Shown in pieces: positions 11,048 through 21,155 of a stretch of 64,000 nt of DNA; position 1 is the first letter of the stretch, and the number at the start of each line of letters is the position of its first letter. This stretch comes from Candidatus Nealsonbacteria bacterium (GTDB lineage Bacteria; Patescibacteriota; Minisyncoccia; Minisyncoccales; CSSED10-335): the NCBI GenBank assembly GCA_019923605.1, contig JAHXGM010000001.1:398-64397 (forward strand), in the 5' to 3' direction. The notes below the pieces were generated by a model. It was not told the origin of the DNA. It ran no database searches and saw only the letters and a program-made list of their open reading frames with translations. The position numbers and the translations under genes were made by a program.

Positions 11048-11608
11048 ATGATAAATTTGAAAGAAAAATACAAAAAAGAAGTTATACCTGAGATGCTAAA
11101 GAAGTTTAATCATGGCAATGTCATGGCTGTCCCAGGAATTGAAAAAGTTGCTATCAATATCAGTTTTGGACGAGAGACAGTTAGCAAGAGTGGAGATGAA
11201 TTAAAGAAGTTTATGGCTGTCATAGGAAACGACTTATCTTTAATAACTGGACAGAAGCCTTCGATGAGAAGGGCAAAAAAATCAATTTCTGGATTTAAGC
11301 TTAGAGAAGGAATTATTGTTGGTTCAAAGGTTACACTAAGAGGCAAAAGAATGTATGATTTCTTAGATAAGTTAGTTCACGTTGCTCTTCCAAGAGCTAG
11401 AGATTTTAAAGGTTTAGGCTTAAATAATTTCGATAAGAGCGGAAATTTGACTATCGGAATTAAAGAGCATATAATTTTCCCTGAAGTTTCCGCAGACAAG
11501 ATCAAGAGTATTCTTGGTTTACAGATTACCATAGTAACTGGTGCTAAAAATAAAGAAGAAGGAATAGAATTATTAAGATTATTGGGATTCCCACTTAAAA
11601 AACAATAA
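11048..11608 (+). CDS. rplE: 50S ribosomal protein L5
   Basis: [23 protein letters not shown]; ATG at 11048. Confidence 0.98.
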   Translation: MINLKEKYKKEVIPEMLKKFNHGNVMAVPGIEKVAINISFGRETVSKSGDELKKFMAVIGNDLSLITGQKPSMRRAKKSISGFKLREGIIVGSKVTLRGKRMYDFLDKLVHVALPRARDFKGLGLNNFDKSGNLTIGIKEHIIFPEVSADKIKSILGLQITIVTGAKNKEEGIELLRLLGFPLKKQ

Positions 11609-11612
11609 AAAA

Positions 11613-11798
11613 ATGGCCAAGAAGTCGCAAATAGCAAAATCAGAAAAAGAACCTAAATTTTCTACACGCATAGTTAGAAGATGTTTTCGATGCGGGCGTG
11701 CAAGAGGATATATGAGAGATTTCGATCTATGTAGAATTTGCTTTAGAGAAATGGCTAATGAAGGATTGATTCCCGGAGTTAAAAAATCTAGCTGGTAA
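11613..11798 (+). CDS. rpsN: 30S ribosomal protein S14 type Z
   Basis: [22 protein letters not shown]. Confidence 0.98.
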   Translation: MAKKSQIAKSEKEPKFSTRIVRRCFRCGRARGYMRDFDLCRICFREMANEGLIPGVKKSSW

Positions 11799-11807
11799 AT
11801 TAAAATT

Positions 11808-12200
11808 ATGACAACAGATCCAATTGCAGACATGATAAATGGAATAAAAAACGGTCAGGCTGTTTTTAAGACAACAGCCAAGGTTCCTTTTTCTAATTTA
11901 AAATATGAAATCGCCAAGGTTTTAGAAAATAATGGATGGGTTGAGAAGGTTGAAAAGAAAGGAAAAAAAACAACCAAGACCATTGAGATTACTTTAAAGT
12001 ACGAAGATAATAAGCCGGTCATTTCCAATATTAAAAAAATATCAAAACCTGGACAAAGGATATATATCCCAGCTAGCAAGATAAGGAAAGTTAGAGATGG
12101 TTTTGGAATGTCAATTATTTCAACCCCCAAGGGAATCATGAACAACTATCAAGCCAGAAAAGCTAATCTTGGTGGAGAAATACTAATTGAAGTATATTAA
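11808..12200 (+). CDS. rpsH: 30S ribosomal protein S8
   Basis: DPIADM, ISKPGQRIY, ISTPKGIM, GGE. Confidence 0.98.
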   Translation: MTTDPIADMINGIKNGQAVFKTTAKVPFSNLKYEIAKVLENNGWVEKVEKKGKKTTKTIEITLKYEDNKPVISNIKKISKPGQRIYIPASKIRKVRDGFGMSIISTPKGIMNNYQARKANLGGEILIEVY

Positions 12201-12204
12201 AATT

Positions 12205-12750
12205 ATGTCTAGAATAGGAAAGAAGCCAATAATAATACCGAAGGGAGTAGAAATCACTCTAGAGGGTCATACCGTCAAAGCAAAGGGTCCTAAGGGAGAA
12301 CTTCAAACAAAGATTAGGCCAGAGATCGGAGTAGAAATTAAAGATGATCAAGTGATTGTAACTCCAGTCAAAGAAACTAAGAAATCAAATGCTTTTTGGG
12401 GACTATCAAGATCTCTTATTGCCAATATGACAACAGGAGTGAGTGAAGGATATCAAACAAAACTTTTGATAGAAGGTGTTGGTTACAAAGTCGCTCTTGA
12501 AGGGCAAGACCTTGTTTTTCAACTAGGATTTTCTCACCCAGTTAAAATTTCACCAAGAGAAGGTATAACTTTTTCTATTGAGAAAAATTCATTTATAGTT
12601 TCAGGAATTAATAAGCAATTAGTAACACAGGTAGCGGCCAATATTAGAAAGATTAAGCCGCCAGATCCATATAAAGGAAAGGGAATAAGATACGAAGGAG
12701 AAATTATTAAAAAGAAAGTAGGTAAGAAGGCAACAGGAGCCAGAGGATAA
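12205..12750 (+). CDS. rplF: 50S ribosomal protein L6
   Basis: [20 protein letters not shown]; ATG at 12205. Confidence 0.98.
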   Translation: MSRIGKKPIIIPKGVEITLEGHTVKAKGPKGELQTKIRPEIGVEIKDDQVIVTPVKETKKSNAFWGLSRSLIANMTTGVSEGYQTKLLIEGVGYKVALEGQDLVFQLGFSHPVKISPREGITFSIEKNSFIVSGINKQLVTQVAANIRKIKPPDPYKGKGIRYEGEIIKKKVGKKATGARG

Positions 12751-12751
12751 T

Positions 12752-13114
12752 ATGTTAAATGCAAGATTACAAAGACAAAAAAGAGTAAGAGCTAAGTTGA
12801 TCGGAACGAGTGAAAAACCAAGACTCTCTGTTTTTAGATCGTCTAAACAAATTTACGCTCAACTGGTAGATGATGCCAATGGGAAGACTATTGCTTCTGC
12901 AAGGAGCTATGAAGTCAAGGAAGAAAAATCTGATAAGCACTCCAAAGATCTTAAAGCCAAGACTCTCTTAGCCTACAACACTGGAAAATTACTTGCAAAG
13001 AAAGCTCAAGAAAAAGGAGTAACAAAGGTCATCTTTGATAGAGGGAGTTATCTTTACCACGGAAGAGTGGAAGCCTTAGCCAAGGGAGCCAGAAAGGGCG
13101 GATTAAACTTTTAA
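12752..13114 (+). CDS. rplR: 50S ribosomal protein L18
   Basis: [20 protein letters not shown]. Confidence 0.98.
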   Translation: MLNARLQRQKRVRAKLIGTSEKPRLSVFRSSKQIYAQLVDDANGKTIASARSYEVKEEKSDKHSKDLKAKTLLAYNTGKLLAKKAQEKGVTKVIFDRGSYLYHGRVEALAKGARKGGLNF

Positions 13115-13124
13115 TTAATTTATT

Positions 13125-13658
13125 ATGACGGTTCAAAAAGAAATTCCCAAAAATGAAGAGTTCGAATCCAAGCTACTGAATCTTTCTAGGGTAGAGAGGA
13201 TGACCGGCGGAGGAAGACGATTGCGTTTTCAGGCTGTCGTTGTGGTTGGAGATAAAAATGGAAAAGTAGGAGTAGCTTCTGCAAAGTCAACTGATGTGAG
13301 TCAAGCTATTGAAAAAGCAACAAAGATGGCCAAGAAAAGAATGATCACAGTGTTAATGGTTGATGATACTATTCCTCACCAAACTGAAGCTAAATTTGGA
13401 GCTGCTCAAATAATTCTAAGACCTCAGATTAAGGGTCGCGGACTAGTAGCTGGAGGTACTATTAGAACAATCTGTCTTTTAGCAGGTATTAAGAATATTT
13501 CCGCTAAAGCAATTAGTAGAACAGATAATAAGCTAAATAATGCCAAGGCAACCATTAAGGCTTTAGAAAAATTAAAAGTTAAAGAATCAAAGAAGGTCGT
13601 CTTAGCGGATTCATCCGAGAAGACGGAAACTGAAAATCATGCAACTTCATCAAATTAA
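13125..13658 (+). CDS. rpsE: 30S ribosomal protein S5
   Basis: GGRRLRF, VVVGDKNG, GLVAGG. Confidence 0.97.
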   Translation: MTVQKEIPKNEEFESKLLNLSRVERMTGGGRRLRFQAVVVVGDKNGKVGVASAKSTDVSQAIEKATKMAKKRMITVLMVDDTIPHQTEAKFGAAQIILRPQIKGRGLVAGGTIRTICLLAGIKNISAKAISRTDNKLNNAKATIKALEKLKVKESKKVVLADSSEKTETENHATSSN

Positions 13659-14067
13659 ACCAACAACTAAACGAAAGAAGGATAAACGAGTCGGACGAGG
13701 CGGAAAGAAAGGAACCTTTTCCGGCAAGGGTGTTAAGGGGCAAAAATCTAGAGCTGGACGAAAGCTCGTTCCTTCAATTAGGGGAATAATAAAGAAGTAC
13801 CATAAGCTTAAAGGATACAGAGTTAATGCCATTGATAAGGGAATAGCCGTCGTTAATTTGAATTTGATAAATAACAAATATGCTGCAAATGAAATCGTCT
13901 CCCCCGAAACTTTATTAGAAAAAGGATTAATAAGAAAGGAAGCTGGAAAGCTCCCAGTAGTGAAGATATTATCTGATGGAGAAATAAGTAAGCCTTTAGT
14001 ATTTAAGGGATGTCAGTATTCAAAAACAACAGAAGAAAAAATTAAAAAATCCGAAGGAAAGATATAA
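13639..14067 (+). CDS. rplO: 50S ribosomal protein L15
   Basis: KRVGRGG, GKGVKGQKSRAG; overlaps rpsE, no rpmD between them. Confidence 0.97.
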   Translation: MQLHQIKPTTKRKKDKRVGRGGKKGTFSGKGVKGQKSRAGRKLVPSIRGIIKKYHKLKGYRVNAIDKGIAVVNLNLINNKYAANEIVSPETLLEKGLIRKEAGKLPVVKILSDGEISKPLVFKGCQYSKTTEEKIKKSEGKI

Positions 14068-14075
14068 AATAAAAT

Positions 14076-15377
14076 ATGTTTGAAAAGATCATCCAAATTT
14101 TTAAAATAGAAGACTTAAGAAAGAAAATCCTTTTTGTCTTATCTATGTTTGTTGTCTTTAGGTTGATGTCCAACATTCCTATGCCAGGCATTGATCAATC
14201 AAGGTTGGCCAGTTTTTTTCAAGATTTTGAGATTTTCAGATTCGCCAGTGCGCTTACCGGAGGAGCTTTAGATAAATTTTCTATTGTCATGCTTGGGCTT
14301 GGTCCGTATATTACAGCTACCATTATTATGCAGCTTCTGACTATGATTATTCCTCAACTGGAGAGACTTCAAAAAGAAGAAGGAGATGTAGGACGACAGA
14401 AAATTAATCAATATGGAAGAATACTTACAGTACCGTTTGCCTTTTTTCAAGGGTTTGCAATGCTTACTCTTTTCCAAAGGGAAGGAGTTATACTTCCTCT
14501 TAGTAGTATAGGGATGATAACATCACTATTAATCATAACTGCTGGAACCGTTCTTCTAATGTGGATTGGGGAATTAATAACCAAAAGGGGAATTGGAAAT
14601 GGGGTCTCTCTTTTGATTTTTGCCGCTATAATAGCCGAATTTCCGGGGAATGTTAGGAATATGATTTTGAGTATTACTGATCAGCCAGGAGCCCTTCAAT
14701 CATATTTTCTTTTGTTCGCCATGATTATTCTGATTATAATCGGAGTTGTTTACTTTAATGAGGCAAGAAGAAATATTCCTGTTTCTTATGCTAAACAAGT
14801 AAGGGGAATGAAAATGTATGGTGGTGCATCAACATACCTTCCTTTGAATCTTAACCCTGCAGGAGTAATACCTATCATTTTTGCTTTTTCAATTGCTTTC
14901 CTTCCCTCTATATTGGTTGGTGTTATTTCCGGAGTTAGTTCTGGATTTTTAGCTCAAACTGCTCAAATGATTGGTTCATATTTGGAAAGCCTTTGGGTAT
15001 TAGGTTCTATTATATTTATATTAGTATTTCTTTTTACTTATTTTTACACTGCAGTTACTTTTGATCCAAAGAATGTAGCCGAGAATCTTCAGAAAATGGG
15101 TGGATTTATTCCAGGGATTAGACCTGGGGCACCAACTGCAAAATATCTAAATCATATTCTAAATAGAGTTCTTTTCCTTGGAGGATTCTTTTTGGCAGTA
15201 ATTGCTGTTATGCCTTGGATTGTTCAAGGATTAATTCAAGTAATAACTGGAACAGGGATAGAAGATTTTGGCTTCTTAATTGGAGGCGCATCCGTATTAA
15301 TTATTGTTAGTGTAGTTTTAGAGACTATGAAGCAAGTCAAAGCACAGCTTCAGATGAGAGAGTACGAAACATTTTAA
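14076..15377 (+). CDS. secY: Preprotein translocase SecY
   Basis: LGLGPYITATII, GIGNGVSLLIF, GFIPGIRPG, about 10 TM segments. Confidence 0.99.
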   Translation: MFEKIIQIFKIEDLRKKILFVLSMFVVFRLMSNIPMPGIDQSRLASFFQDFEIFRFASALTGGALDKFSIVMLGLGPYITATIIMQLLTMIIPQLERLQKEEGDVGRQKINQYGRILTVPFAFFQGFAMLTLFQREGVILPLSSIGMITSLLIITAGTVLLMWIGELITKRGIGNGVSLLIFAAIIAEFPGNVRNMILSITDQPGALQSYFLLFAMIILIIIGVVYFNEARRNIPVSYAKQVRGMKMYGGASTYLPLNLNPAGVIPIIFAFSIAFLPSILVGVISGVSSGFLAQTAQMIGSYLESLWVLGSIIFILVFLFTYFYTAVTFDPKNVAENLQKMGGFIPGIRPGAPTAKYLNHILNRVLFLGGFFLAVIAVMPWIVQGLIQVITGTGIEDFGFLIGGASVLIIVSVVLETMKQVKAQLQMREYETF

Positions 15378-15392
15378 CAACAATAAATAACT

Positions 15393-16049
15393 ATGAAAAA
15401 AAACCGGGTTGTTATCCTTTTAGGTCCTCCTGGATCAGGAAAGGGAACACAGGCAAAACTATTAAAAGAAAGATTTAACTTGGAAGCTATCGGAAGTGGA
15501 AACATTCTAAGAGCTAGAATGAAACAAGATGATTACACCGGCAAGAAGATCGGTGAGGTCATAAATAAGGGAAAAAGAATCCCTACACCAGTTATCTTCA
15601 TGCTATGGATGAAGGAATTGGAGGCAATAAAACAAAGAACTGGATCCCAGGGCTTTATTTTTGACGGAAGTCCCCGAACTGTTTTTGAAGCAAAAATGTT
15701 AGAAGATGCCTTGGAGTGGTATGGGTGGCACAAAGAAAAGAAAGTCATCTTTATTAATCTGTCTAAAAGAGAAGTTTTGAAACGTCTCAAAACAAGAAGA
15801 ATATGTAGTGTTTGCGGAGAAATTGCTATTGCTAACGGATCTAAATTAAAAGATTGCCTAAAATGTAAGGGTAAAATGATTGTAAGGCCGGATGATAATA
15901 TAGAGGGAGTGATGACAAGATGGGAGTGGTTTAATAAAGAGGTACGACCAACAGTTAATTATTACAAGAAAAAAGAAGGCATTACTATTATTGACGGTAG
16001 TCAGTCAGTAGAAGATGTCTCAAGAGATATTCTGAAAGCAATGAAATAA
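15393..16049 (+). CDS. adk: Adenylate kinase family protein (zinc LID)
   Basis: GPPGSGKGTQA, DGSPRT, CxxC..CxxC LID, RPDD; between secY and map. Confidence 0.9.
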   Translation: MKKNRVVILLGPPGSGKGTQAKLLKERFNLEAIGSGNILRARMKQDDYTGKKIGEVINKGKRIPTPVIFMLWMKELEAIKQRTGSQGFIFDGSPRTVFEAKMLEDALEWYGWHKEKKVIFINLSKREVLKRLKTRRICSVCGEIAIANGSKLKDCLKCKGKMIVRPDDNIEGVMTRWEWFNKEVRPTVNYYKKKEGITIIDGSQSVEDVSRDILKAMK

Positions 16050-16051
16050 TC

Positions 16052-16630
16052 ATGCAAGATAATATAATTGTTTGTATTGTAGGAATGCCGGGGGCCGGTA
16101 AAAGTATTCTTTCCGATGAATTAGTAGGAAGGGGCTTTTCTTATTTAAGATTTGGCCAAGCGATATTGGATCGAGTAAAACAAGAAGGGCTTGAAATTAA
16201 TGAAAATAATGAGAGAATGATAAGAGAGCGGATACGCAAAGAACATGGAATGGCTGCGCTTGCTATTCTTAATACTCCCAAGATAGATGAATTGATTATC
16301 AATTCTAACCTAGTTGTTGACGGCCTTTACAGCTGGTCGGAATATAAGGTGCTAAAGGATAGATATCAAGATAAAATGTATGTAGTAGCCGTTTATGCCC
16401 CTCCAGCAGTAAGGTATTCAAGGCTTAAGGACCGTACAGTTAAGGGTGATAAAGAAGCGAGGTTTAGAAGTTATACCGAAGAGGAGGCAAGAAAACGAGA
16501 TTATGCTGAAATAGAAAATATAGAGAAAGGCGGGCCTATTGCTATGGCAGATTTCACTATTATCAACATTAGGAGTATTGATGATTTTAAAAGAGAACTA
16601 AACTCAATATTTTTAGAAATAAAAAAATGA
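16052..16630 (+). CDS. P-loop nucleotide kinase, UPF0200/dephospho-CoA-kinase-like
   Basis: GMPGAGKS Walker A, VVDGLYSWSE, RDYAE..GGPIAMADFTIIN. Confidence 0.7.
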   Translation: MQDNIIVCIVGMPGAGKSILSDELVGRGFSYLRFGQAILDRVKQEGLEINENNERMIRERIRKEHGMAALAILNTPKIDELIINSNLVVDGLYSWSEYKVLKDRYQDKMYVVAVYAPPAVRYSRLKDRTVKGDKEARFRSYTEEEARKRDYAEIENIEKGGPIAMADFTIINIRSIDDFKRELNSIFLEIKK

Positions 16631-17370
16631 TCTCAATAAAGAATCCAAAAGAGATTCAAATAATGAGGGAGGGGGGTAAGATTTTGGCAGAAATCATAGA
16701 GCAGCTTAAATCTCAAGTTAGACCAGGAATTACTACTCAAGCATTAGACAAGCTTGCAGAGAATCTGATTTTAAAACATGGAAAACCTTCTTTTAAAAAT
16801 TACAAGGGATTTCCTAATACTTTATGCACCTCAATAAATAGTCAAATAGTTCATGGAATGCCATCTAAAAAAGAATTAACGGATGGAGATATTTTATCAT
16901 TAGACCTTGGAATAGAATATAAAGGATTCCATACTGATATGGCTTTAACTATTCCGGTGGGGGAGGTTGATCCTGAAGTCTTGAGATTAATAAGAACAAC
17001 TAAAAAAGCCCTCAAAAGAGGTATAAAGAAAGTTCATCCAGGTAATACTTTCGGAGACTTGGGTAATACTATTCAAAGATGTATTGAATCTCAGGGATTT
17101 GTAGTTATTAAAAATTTATGTGGCCATGGAATTGGAAGGGAACTTCATGAAGAACCAAATGTATTGAATTATGGAAAAAGAAAGACCGGTTCCCAAATTA
17201 AAGAGGGGATGGTTTTTTGTATTGAGCCAATGGCATCAATAAGTTCATCAGAGATGAAAGGGGGTGCTGACGGTTATGCCTTAGAAACAAAAGATGGATC
17301 TTTTTCTGCTCATTTCGAACATACTGTTGCGGTTACTGAAAGAGGTTGCATTGTTCTGACAGAACTTTAA
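16627..17370 (+). CDS. map: Methionine aminopeptidase type I
   Basis: CTSINSQIVHG, GHGIGRELHEEP, IEPM, SAHFEHT. Confidence 0.97.
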   Translation: MISIKNPKEIQIMREGGKILAEIIEQLKSQVRPGITTQALDKLAENLILKHGKPSFKNYKGFPNTLCTSINSQIVHGMPSKKELTDGDILSLDLGIEYKGFHTDMALTIPVGEVDPEVLRLIRTTKKALKRGIKKVHPGNTFGDLGNTIQRCIESQGFVVIKNLCGHGIGRELHEEPNVLNYGKRKTGSQIKEGMVFCIEPMASISSSEMKGGADGYALETKDGSFSAHFEHTVAVTERGCIVLTEL

Positions 17371-17498
17371 TGTTATAATTTTTATTATAAAATAAAAATA
17401 TGCGTTTTTTAGATAAATAATTTTGATTCTAAAGTTGGTCTTAAAGGATACCTTCAAGTATTTAAATAAGATGGTATTATCTAAAAGGTTTTTATAAA

Positions 17499-18530
17499 AT
17501 GAAAAATAAAAAAAACGAAAAATTCCCCTCAGAGCTTAGACTGGATAAAACTTCAAAGGATTGGGTTGTTATCGCTACTGGTCGAGCCAAGAGACCGGAG
17601 ATGTTTAAGAAGGAGCGTCGGAAAGGAAAAAAAGTACCGAAAGGAGAATGTCCTTTTTGTAATCTTTCAGAGCAGGAGTCACCAGTTCTTGCTTATTCAA
17701 AGGGCAAGAAAATGGATAAAAATAACCCAAAAGGCTGGACCACTATATCAATACCAAACAAATATCCTGCTTTTGTTCCGTCAAAAACTTTAAATAGGAA
17801 AGAAGAAAATGGTTTTTTTGAAACCATGAATGCCGTTGGTTTCCATGAAGTTATTGTTACATCAGACCATGAAAAATCATTAGCCCTTTTACCAAAAGAG
17901 CATGTTAAAGAGGTAATTGATGTTTATGTAGATAGATACAGGAATTTAATTAAGAAGAAATTAATCAATTACGTTGCTATATTTCATAATCATGGAGCTG
18001 AAGCCGGAGCATCAATATATCATCCACACTCTCAATTAATCGCTCTTCCTCTTATTGACCCTGATCTTAAAGATGCTCTTGCTAGAGCTAGGAAGTATAA
18101 AAAAACTAAAGATTGTATTTATTGTAGATTAAATGAGTGGGAGCTAAAAAAGGGAGAGAGGATTGTTTACCAAAACGAAGACTTTATTGCAGTTTGTCCT
18201 TTTGCTTCAAAAGCTGCCTTTCAGGTAATCATTTCTCCTAAAAAACATTTGGCTTTTTTTGAAAAGATTACTGAGTGCGAAAAAACCAATCTTGCAGATG
18301 TATTTAAGGTTGTTTTGGCGAAGCTTCATAAAGGACTAGGAGATCCGGCCTATAATTTTTATCTTCATTCGGCTCCATCAGATGGCAGCGATCACTCTTA
18401 CTATCATTGGCATTGGACTATTTTGCCTAAAACTTCAATCTGGGCCGGATTTGAATTGGGCGTTGGTATAGAGATATCAACTATTGAACCAGAAAAAGCA
18501 ACGGAATATCTAAGAAGCCAAGAAATTTGA
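17499..18530 (+). CDS. GalT family (HIT superfamily) nucleotidyltransferase / NDP-sugar phosphorylase
   Basis: RAKRP, CPFC, NKYPA, GASIYHPHSQ, HWH, AGFELG. Confidence 0.85.
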   Translation: MKNKKNEKFPSELRLDKTSKDWVVIATGRAKRPEMFKKERRKGKKVPKGECPFCNLSEQESPVLAYSKGKKMDKNNPKGWTTISIPNKYPAFVPSKTLNRKEENGFFETMNAVGFHEVIVTSDHEKSLALLPKEHVKEVIDVYVDRYRNLIKKKLINYVAIFHNHGAEAGASIYHPHSQLIALPLIDPDLKDALARARKYKKTKDCIYCRLNEWELKKGERIVYQNEDFIAVCPFASKAAFQVIISPKKHLAFFEKITECEKTNLADVFKVVLAKLHKGLGDPAYNFYLHSAPSDGSDHSYYHWHWTILPKTSIWAGFELGVGIEISTIEPEKATEYLRSQEI

Positions 18531-18537
18531 TTTTAAT

Positions 18538-19239
18538 ATGAGGAAAATAATCATTGCCAATTGGAAGATGAATCCTTCAACATTGGATCAATCGTTAAAA
18601 TTGGCCAAATCTATAGGATTTGATTCAAGGGTGGTTATTTGTCCACCTTTTCCTTATTTAAATCAGCTTAAAAATCTTGGTGTCTCAATTGGAGCACAAG
18701 ACTCTTTCTGGGAAAGAGAAGGAGCTTTTACGGGAGAAGTTTCTCCAGTTATGCTGAAAAAAATTGGATGCAAATATATTATTATTGGTCATTCTGAGAG
18801 GAGATGGGTATTGAGCGAAACTAATGATATAATTAACAAGAAGATAAAAGCCTGTTTAGCGGAGGGCCTCAAAGTTATTTTTTGCATAGGAGAGAAAGAG
18901 GAGGAGAGGAAGAGGGGTAAAGAGTTTGATGTTTTAAAGAGTCAAATAAAAGAAGGACTGAAAGGAATTTTGATAGATGATTACTCAAAGATTGTTATTG
19001 CTTACGAACCAGTTTGGGCAATTGGAACTGGAAATGCTTGTAGTCCAGACGAAGCGGAAGAGATGAGAGTTTTCATTAAGAAGATGTTTGGGGATTTAGC
19101 TGTTTTATACGGTGGGAGCGTAAATGCATTAAATGCCGGTGACTATATTGATAAAGCTTCTTTTGACGGTCTTTTGATAGGGGGAGCATCTCTAAAGACA
19201 GTAGAATTTAAAAGTATTCTGAAGAAAATTAAGCTTTAA
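18538..19239 (+). CDS. tpiA: Triosephosphate isomerase
   Basis: ANWKMN, GHSERR, AYEPVWAIGTG, YGGSV, GGASL. Confidence 0.98.
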   Translation: MRKIIIANWKMNPSTLDQSLKLAKSIGFDSRVVICPPFPYLNQLKNLGVSIGAQDSFWEREGAFTGEVSPVMLKKIGCKYIIIGHSERRWVLSETNDIINKKIKACLAEGLKVIFCIGEKEEERKRGKEFDVLKSQIKEGLKGILIDDYSKIVIAYEPVWAIGTGNACSPDEAEEMRVFIKKMFGDLAVLYGGSVNALNAGDYIDKASFDGLLIGGASLKTVEFKSILKKIKL

Positions 19240-19256
19240 TCAGATTGATTTTAAAT

Positions 19257-19285
19257 TTGACTGGTTAATTTATAATTAGTACTAT
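19257..19285 (+). promoter_or_regulatory. sigma70-type promoter for alaS (near-leaderless)
   Basis: TTGACT-N17-TACTAT; ATG 9 nt after the -10 box. Confidence 0.6.
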
Positions 19286-19293
19286 TAAGGGCA

Positions 19294-21150
19294 ATGAAAT
19301 CACTTGATATAAGAAATAAATTCATTGAATTTTATAAAGAAAGAGGTCATAAGCTAATACCTTCTGCTTCTTTGATACCGGAAAACGACCCGACCTTACT
19401 TTTTGTTAATTCGGGCATGTTTCCCTTGGTTCCTTATCTTTTAGGAGAAGATCATCCTAAAGGAAAAAGGCTTGTTAATTTTCAAAGATCATTTAGAACG
19501 GATGACATTGAAGAAGTGGGGGATAACCGTCATACTACTTTCTTTGAAATGCTTGGAAACTGGTCATTGGGTGATTATTTTAAAGAAGAACAACTTAATT
19601 GGTGGTTTGAGTTTTTAGTTGAAACTATTGGTTTAGATCCTAAAAAGATATATCAAACCGTCTATCTCGGTGATGGCAATATCCCTAAGGATGATGAATC
19701 TATTTCAATACTAAAAAATATATATAATAAGTACGGTATCAAAGCAGAAGAAGGTCCGGAGACTTTGAGTAAAGGTGATTTGGGTCCCGGGGTGGAAATT
19801 GATTTTGATGAGCACAGAATATTTGCATACAGAGATAAAAATTGGTGGCAAAGGGGCGATGCTCTAGGCGAACTTGGTGGCCCAGATTCAGAAACTTTCT
19901 ATGATACAGGTAAAGATCATAATTTAAAATTTGGAGAACATTGTCATATAAACTGCGACTGCGGCAGATTTTTAGAAGTAGGAAATTCAGTTTTTATGCA
20001 ATATCAAAAAACTGAAGATGGGTGGGCTGAATTGAAGAATAAAAATGTTGATTTTGGTGGGGGATTAGAAAGACTTGTTATGGTAACTAGTGGTGTTGAT
20101 AATATTTTTGAAACCGATGTTTTTCTTCCAATTATTTCTGCGATTGAAGATCTTTCAGGAAAAAAATATCGTGATAATTTTAAAGAATTTGAAATTATAG
20201 CTGATCACATTAAAGCAGCCACCTTTATTATGGGAGATGAAAGGGGGGTCGCTCCTTCTAATAAGCAACAAGGATACTTTGTTAGACGTTTAATAAGAAG
20301 GGCGATAAGGTATGGAAAACAAATAGGAATAAATTCTGATGGTTGGTTGAAAAATCTTTCAGTTAAAGTTATAGAAATAAACAAGGATATATATCCTGAA
20401 TTAGAAAATAATTCATCGTTTATTCTGGAAGAAATTGAAAAGGAAGAAAATAGATTTCAGAGTAGTTTAGTTAAGGGGTTGAGAGAATTTGAAAAGATTG
20501 GCGGTGAAAAAGTTATTTCTGGAGAAAACGCTTTTAACCTTTATCAAACATACGGATTCCCCATAGAGATGATATTTGAACTAGCTAATGAGAGAGGGCA
20601 GGAGCTTGATATTTCTAGTTTCCAGGATCAGCTTAAAAGACATAAGGAGCTTTCTCAAGTTACTTCGGCAGGAATGTTTAAGGGAGGTCTTGCAGATTCG
20701 GGAGAGAAGACAACGAAATTCCACACTGCCACTCATTTACTTTTGAAGTCTTTAAGGGAAGTTTTGGGAGAAGAAGTAGCTCAAAAGGGTAGTAATATAA
20801 CTTCAGAGCGATTACGTTTTGATTTCTCTTATTCTAGAAAATTAACTGAACAAGAAATAAAGGAAGTGGAAGATATGGTTAATAACAAGATAGAGGATGA
20901 TTTTGAGGTGACAAAGGAAGAAATGAATTTAGAGGAAGCTTTAAGCTCTGGGGCGCTTGCTTTCTTTGGGGAAAAGTATCCAGATAGAGTAAAAGTTTAT
21001 ACAATTAAAGACGAAGCTGGTAATATTTTCAGTAAGGAAATTTGTCAGGGTCCTCATATTTCAAGAACTTCAGAAATTGGACAATTTAAGATAATTAAAG
21101 AAGAATCGTCTTCGTCGGGAATAAGAAGAATAAAAGCAATAATTAAATAA
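19294..21150 (+). CDS. alaS: Alanine-tRNA ligase, short form without C-Ala domain
   Basis: DPTLLFVNSGM, HTTFFEMLGNWS, editing HTATH..CQGPH; ends at GIRRIKA. Confidence 0.96.
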   Translation: MKSLDIRNKFIEFYKERGHKLIPSASLIPENDPTLLFVNSGMFPLVPYLLGEDHPKGKRLVNFQRSFRTDDIEEVGDNRHTTFFEMLGNWSLGDYFKEEQLNWWFEFLVETIGLDPKKIYQTVYLGDGNIPKDDESISILKNIYNKYGIKAEEGPETLSKGDLGPGVEIDFDEHRIFAYRDKNWWQRGDALGELGGPDSETFYDTGKDHNLKFGEHCHINCDCGRFLEVGNSVFMQYQKTEDGWAELKNKNVDFGGGLERLVMVTSGVDNIFETDVFLPIISAIEDLSGKKYRDNFKEFEIIADHIKAATFIMGDERGVAPSNKQQGYFVRRLIRRAIRYGKQIGINSDGWLKNLSVKVIEINKDIYPELENNSSFILEEIEKEENRFQSSLVKGLREFEKIGGEKVISGENAFNLYQTYGFPIEMIFELANERGQELDISSFQDQLKRHKELSQVTSAGMFKGGLADSGEKTTKFHTATHLLLKSLREVLGEEVAQKGSNITSERLRFDFSYSRKLTEQEIKEVEDMVNNKIEDDFEVTKEEMNLEEALSSGALAFFGEKYPDRVKVYTIKDEAGNIFSKEICQGPHISRTSEIGQFKIIKEESSSSGIRRIKAIIK

Positions 21151-21155
21151 AAGGC

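Noticed and set aside
17371-17498. Very AT-rich 128-bp gap as a possible oriC or ncRNA
   Set aside because: No DnaA boxes or stable structure seen; a promoter-like TGgTATTAT explains it
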